Shown here in pieces: positions 59,903 through 64,000 of a stretch of DNA of 64,000 nt (position 1 is its first letter; every line of letters begins with the position of its first letter). The stretch spans positions 5,322-69,321 of the forward strand of contig JBAXLH010000001.1 of NCBI GenBank assembly GCA_037134875.1, given 5' to 3'. The notes below the pieces were generated by a model. The model saw nothing but the letters and a program-made list of their open reading frames with translations. It was not told the DNA's origin and ran no database searches. A program made the translations under genes and the position numbers. The stretch is from a bacterium. GTDB lineage: Bacteria > Patescibacteriota > Minisyncoccia > Phycocordibacterales > DATDWN01.

Positions 59903-60292
59903 ATGCAAAAAATATTTATTTTTGGAAATATAGATTTGCCAAATGACTCTCTGCCACTTCGTATACTACCCAAACTCGAGGAACTCTTTCCTCACATTTC
60001 ATTTGAAATAAAAGATCCAAACGAGGAATGGGAAGTCGAAGAGAATATTGTAGTTATCGATACTGTTGTTGGAATCCAAGATATCACTATTTTTGACAAT
60101 CTTGAATCATTTTCAAAAATACCACGAGTGGGTATGCACGACTTTGATGCACTGACCAATTTACGCTACCTCAAAAAACTTGGAAAAATAAAAAATGTTG
60201 TAATTGTTGGCATTCCTCCAAAAATGGATGAAAAAATAACTCTCTCCAAAGTTTCAAATTTAATTAAAGAAAATAGCGCCATCTTTCGATAA
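59903..60292 (+). CDS. Hydrogenase maturation protease-like protein
   Basis: IFGNIDLPND, VVIDT, MHD, IVGIP resemble the HycI/HybD fold; next to hydrogenase. Confidence 0.6.
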   Translation: MQKIFIFGNIDLPNDSLPLRILPKLEELFPHISFEIKDPNEEWEVEENIVVIDTVVGIQDITIFDNLESFSKIPRVGMHDFDALTNLRYLKKLGKIKNVVIVGIPPKMDEKITLSKVSNLIKENSAIFR

Positions 60293-60301
60293 CGCCAATA
60301 A

Positions 60302-60751
60302 TTACAGTACTTCTATTACAGAATGACGATGAACAAAGACTTGTTGTCCATCAGTCAGAACGAGACCGTATTCATTAATAAAAGGAGCTCTTCTACCAGA
60401 AATCTCAATTCCTACTATTTTATTTTTGAACGCGGTATGAACAATCACACCAGCCGAGACGGCACAATAACCATGTTTGCCGTGATGATGTCGCCAATAT
60501 TCGGCAACCACATCAAATGCCCACATATTTTCAAAATGACGATCTTTTGCAAATTTTCTGAGACCAGCGGTGGCGTCAGGAAAACAATGACTGAGAAAAG
60601 CTGTGTCAATTTCCTCCGACTCAGCCAACATCCTCAACAGTCTTTCATAATCTTTTTGAGTTATCTTATGCGCCCGAAGACGATCTTCGGCACACACAAA
60701 AGCATAACGTAAAAATAACATCATTCCTGTGATTTTCATTCCACTGTCCAA
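60302..60751 (-). CDS. Hypothetical protein (resembles a short DUF6390 relative)
   Basis: FLRYAFVC N-terminus, EYW..HH, C-terminal GQQVFVH. Confidence 0.55.
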   Translation of the reverse strand: MDSGMKITGMMLFLRYAFVCAEDRLRAHKITQKDYERLLRMLAESEEIDTAFLSHCFPDATAGLRKFAKDRHFENMWAFDVVAEYWRHHHGKHGYCAVSAGVIVHTAFKNKIVGIEISGRRAPFINEYGLVLTDGQQVFVHRHSVIEVL

Positions 60752-60764
60752 AATAACACACTAT

Positions 60765-62075
60765 TTATTCCCAGTCAACTTTTAGAAAATGTGAGGCACA
60801 GGACATACATGGATCGTATGCCCGAATAAGTTTTTCTATTTCGAGTGTTATAAATTCCCTATCTTTTTGACTAAGTTCCCCCGGAATCTTGTCTATAAGT
60901 CCCTGCACGAGAGTGGCTACATCAATCTCGATATTTATTTGGTTCTGCCCGGTTGGTACAACAACCTCACCTTCCTTCACCTTTCCATCTTTACCTAGCA
61001 CTACTTTGTGATAAAGTGTACCTCGTGGAGCCTCTACTACCCCAATTCCAATCGCGTCTCTCATCTCTTTTTTGATAATAGGTTCTGATTTAAATGTATT
61101 TTTGGATAGAATATCAATTGACTCATCAACTGAATGCAAAATCTCTATTGCTTGTGCGAGGTTGTTGTAATAAATATCTGTTGACGGAAAAAGACTGAGT
61201 GTACTTGCAAGAGACTCCTGAGTCTTTGGATGAAGTTTATATTTGGCGAGATTGATTCTGGCAAGAGATCCTACCATATACCCTTCGCCGTTGTACATAT
61301 ATGCTGACGCTTCTGAATACGGTAATACAGTATGTTCCAAGTGGGCTCTAAAGCCATCCTTCCCATATTTTTCTCCAGCACTTGTGATAATCGAGCCGTC
61401 AATATAACCAAAACTCTCTTCTGGAACAAGCGCCATATATTTTGTTTGCCTGTCAAAATGAAATGGTGCATTTTTGAAAACTTCCACGAGACGCAACACT
61501 GCTTCGCGTATAGATTGTAATTTTTTAATTGCTTCATCAATATCTTTTTGTTCTGGAAAATGCAAATATCCACCAATCACAGGATACATCGCATGCACAC
61601 TTCTACCTGCAATCATTGTTGCCAAAAAGTTTCCAGCTGATTTGATATCAAACGCATCATGAAGCATTTGGTGTTCCTGCGGATTACTTTCATCAAAATC
61701 TAAAAAGGCATCCTTACCAAAAATATCTGGCATACTGAAAAGATACAAGTGCAAAGCATGGTCACGAATAATAAGACCGTGCATTGTGAGAGCACGGAGA
61801 AGTTTTGTTTGTGGTGATGGCTCAATACCGAGTGCATTTTCACATGCCTCGATACTACACATTACGTGTGCATTTGAACACGTACCACAAATGCGCGACA
61901 AATGTGCCGGAATAGCAGAAAGAGCTTTGCCTTTCATTGCTTCTGTAAAGAAACGTTTGTATTCAACAATCGCAAACTTTACATCAGTAACTTTTCCATT
62001 TTCCACTTTCAAATTGAGGTTGGCATTACCCTCAACTTTTGTAATATGTTCGAGATCAAGATCAAATGTATGCAT
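60765..62075 (-). CDS. NiFe hydrogenase large subunit (group 3b-like)
   Basis: ITKVEG, L1 RICGTC, VEAPRGTLYH, L2 YDPCMSCASH. Confidence 0.92.
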   Translation of the reverse strand: MHTFDLDLEHITKVEGNANLNLKVENGKVTDVKFAIVEYKRFFTEAMKGKALSAIPAHLSRICGTCSNAHVMCSIEACENALGIEPSPQTKLLRALTMHGLIIRDHALHLYLFSMPDIFGKDAFLDFDESNPQEHQMLHDAFDIKSAGNFLATMIAGRSVHAMYPVIGGYLHFPEQKDIDEAIKKLQSIREAVLRLVEVFKNAPFHFDRQTKYMALVPEESFGYIDGSIITSAGEKYGKDGFRAHLEHTVLPYSEASAYMYNGEGYMVGSLARINLAKYKLHPKTQESLASTLSLFPSTDIYYNNLAQAIEILHSVDESIDILSKNTFKSEPIIKKEMRDAIGIGVVEAPRGTLYHKVVLGKDGKVKEGEVVVPTGQNQINIEIDVATLVQGLIDKIPGELSQKDREFITLEIEKLIRAYDPCMSCASHFLKVDWE

Positions 62076-62094
62076 GGTTTTTAATTTGTTAGTT

Positions 62095-62273
62095 TTTCAA
62101 AATTTAATTGAGACTACATCCTTTTTGGAGCATCCGCAGGCCGTGAGCATGGTCTTGTCAATGACCCGAGCACAGCGAGAGCTCTTGACAAGTCACGGCC
62201 GAGGACCGAATGAGTTTTTCGCTGGAAAAGCGAGTGTATCTGAAAAGGATGTGGTTTCGATTAAATTTTGAAA
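62095..62273. repeat. Palindromic dispersed element (core type C)
   Basis: Arms TTTCAAAATTTAAT..ACATCCTTTT/AAAAGGATGT..ATTAAATTTTGAAA around the type C core. Confidence 0.85.
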
Positions 62274-62756
62274 CTATTTTCTAAATTCCGCAACCAATCC
62301 ATTAACTGCTTTCAAAAAAACATCTGGACTCATTGGACATCCGGGAATTTCAGCGTCAACTTTGACAACGTCAGAAACTTTTTTGACACTTGGCAAAGCT
62401 CCAAAACGAGTAACCAAAAAATCGATTGACTCTTTTTGTTCTGGTGTAAAAGTATTTCTCTGTCCTGATGGCAATCCTACCACAGCACACGAACCAACTG
62501 CTACGAGCTTTTTTGATCGGCTACGAATATCTTTGACCGATGTTTCCTGTTCTGGACCAGCAATAGCACCTTCTATAAATGCAATATCAAATGCATCATA
62601 GATATTTTTTGTTTTCAACACTCGCACATGTCTGAAATCAAAAATCTGCTTCCACTCCTGCCAATGATCATTCATTATTTCCGTCATTACAACAGTGTTA
62701 TCCTCACAACACGAGAATGAAAACCATGCTATTTTAATTTTTTCTTGAGAAGTCAT
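62274..62756 (-). CDS. NiFe hydrogenase small subunit (proximal cluster domain only)
   Basis: FSCCED, FIEGA, AVGSCA, IPGCP. Confidence 0.85.
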   Translation of the reverse strand: MTSQEKIKIAWFSFSCCEDNTVVMTEIMNDHWQEWKQIFDFRHVRVLKTKNIYDAFDIAFIEGAIAGPEQETSVKDIRSRSKKLVAVGSCAVVGLPSGQRNTFTPEQKESIDFLVTRFGALPSVKKVSDVVKVDAEIPGCPMSPDVFLKAVNGLVAEFRK

Positions 62757-62791
62757 ATGAATAGTATATCATAAGTTAATTTGTTAGATTC

Positions 62792-62946
62792 AAAAACCGA
62801 TAGGAGCATATCTTTCACGGAGCAATCTATCTAGCCCTGCTGGGCTAGCGAACTTCTCGTCGCTCAAGAAAACAATGTCGGTTTACCTCCTTGTTTTCTA
62901 AGCTCCTGCGAAAGGCTCCGGAAAAGATATGCTCCTATCGGTTTTT
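62792..62946. repeat. Palindromic dispersed element (core type D)
   Basis: Arms AAAAACCGATAGGAGCATATCTTT and its reverse complement; core shared with 7634-7790. Confidence 0.85.
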
Positions 62947-62958
62947 TAAAATCTACCA

Positions 62959-64000
62959 TTACACTAATGTCTTTAAATCAAAATTTGGATCAGAGAGTGA
63001 TGAATGTTTATCGGCCACCTTTATATTATTTTTGATGATCTTGGAAAAGGTTGTGAGTTCTCCGGTACGATTTATCATTGTGGCACCAACGAGTTCGTCT
63101 CCAACCATCACAACCTGACTGTATGAATTTATTTCTTTTGACCCACGTGGCAAAACTACCCTATTTGCTCCATAGGCAACATCTCCAACAAAGGCAATGC
63201 TGATCCCAAACCCTTGTGTTGTGTAGAAAGAAACAAACTTGAATGGATCGTGTGCTCCGGTCATATTACGTCCAGCAACTCTACCCTGCTCTACCGCATT
63301 GACCCAGTTGCCCATAATCACATTTTCTTCTAGCAAAATATCTTTGTATTCAGCAATGTCGCCCGCAGACCAGATATCAGATGCACTAGTTTGCAAATAT
63401 TCATCAGTCACAATTCCTTTATTGACTGTGATGCCTGATTCAGCAATCCATTTTGTGTTATTAACAACTCCGATACCACACATAAGCAAATCGCATGGAA
63501 TTTCTGTACCGTCTTTGAGAACAATTGATTCAACAAAATCAATTCCTTTTATTTCAGCAATCTCATTATTTTTGATGAGGTGCACACCATTTTTTGTGAG
63601 TGCATCTTCTATCATCTGTCCGGAAACACCATCGAGAGTCGGTGACCAAAAATGTTGCTCCCGAATAATCATAGTGGTATTGAGTCCAGCGAGCTTAAAG
63701 AGGTCTGCCATTTCGAATCCGATAAAACCTCCACCGACAACAACGGCATTTTTTGCATTTTTGATGTGTTGCATTATTGCTTTGCCATCATCGATTGTTC
63801 GAAGATAATGAATACCTTTTTTATCCGCACCTGGCACTGTCAATCTCCTGACAGAAACACCTGTGGCCAAAAGCAGTTTGTCATATTTGACTTTGGTACC
63901 ATCGAGGAGTGAAAGAATTTTGTTTGCCGAATCGATATGTGTTGCCGTTTTGTTTTTCAAAAAAGTAACTTTGTTTTTTTTGAACCAATCTTCTTTTCGG
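62959..64000 (-). CDS. FAD-dependent pyridine nucleotide-disulfide oxidoreductase; N-terminus outside window
   Basis: YDKLLLATG, VVVGGGFIGFE, TSASDIWSAGD. Confidence 0.88.
   Translation of the reverse strand, partial: RKEDWFKKNKVTFLKNKTATHIDSANKILSLLDGTKVKYDKLLLATGVSVRRLTVPGADKKGIHYLRTIDDGKAIMQHIKNAKNAVVVGGGFIGFEMADLFKLAGLNTTMIIREQHFWSPTLDGVSGQMIEDALTKNGVHLIKNNEIAEIKGIDFVESIVLKDGTEIPCDLLMCGIGVVNNTKWIAESGITVNKGIVTDEYLQTSASDIWSAGDIAEYKDILLEENVIMGNWVNAVEQGRVAGRNMTGAHDPFKFVSFYTTQGFGISIAFVGDVAYGANRVVLPRGSKEINSYSQVVMVGDELVGATMINRTGELTTFSKIIKNNIKVADKHSSLSDPNFDLKTLV

Overview
This is a 64 kb chromosomal segment of a small-genome bacterium. Gene content and style point to Patescibacteria/CPR (Parcubacteria-like), which is an inference. 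It carries glycolysis/pentose-phosphate genes, class II ribonucleotide reductase, the mraZ-rsmH-ftsL-PBP-murF cluster, frr, mreB, priA, def/fmt, guaC, msrA/B, phosphoketolase-acetate kinase, a minimal group 3b-like NiFe hydrogenase, tRNA-Glu, and a tRNA-Asn split by a group I intron. The standout is 29.7-33.1 kb: one minus-strand unit (promoter, 10-unit array, gene, 17-unit array, terminator). The gene encodes an IS110/Nop-like (Tas-like) protein whose RuvC-like acidic residues appear lost. Each of the 27 array units is a stem with two variable ~12-nt segments around a small hairpin, often GNRA-capped, resembling a TIGR-Tas stem-loop guide array. Joining each unit's two spacers in tandem-spacer geometry often gives Shine-Dalgarno and/or ATG sequences, suggesting a nuclease-dead, multiplex RNA-guided system aimed at gene starts. 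The window also has about 16 dispersed palindromic elements with conserved cores and covarying arms (one in frame inside a gene), and a shared repeat architecture downstream of both tRNAs. All calls were made by eye without database searches.
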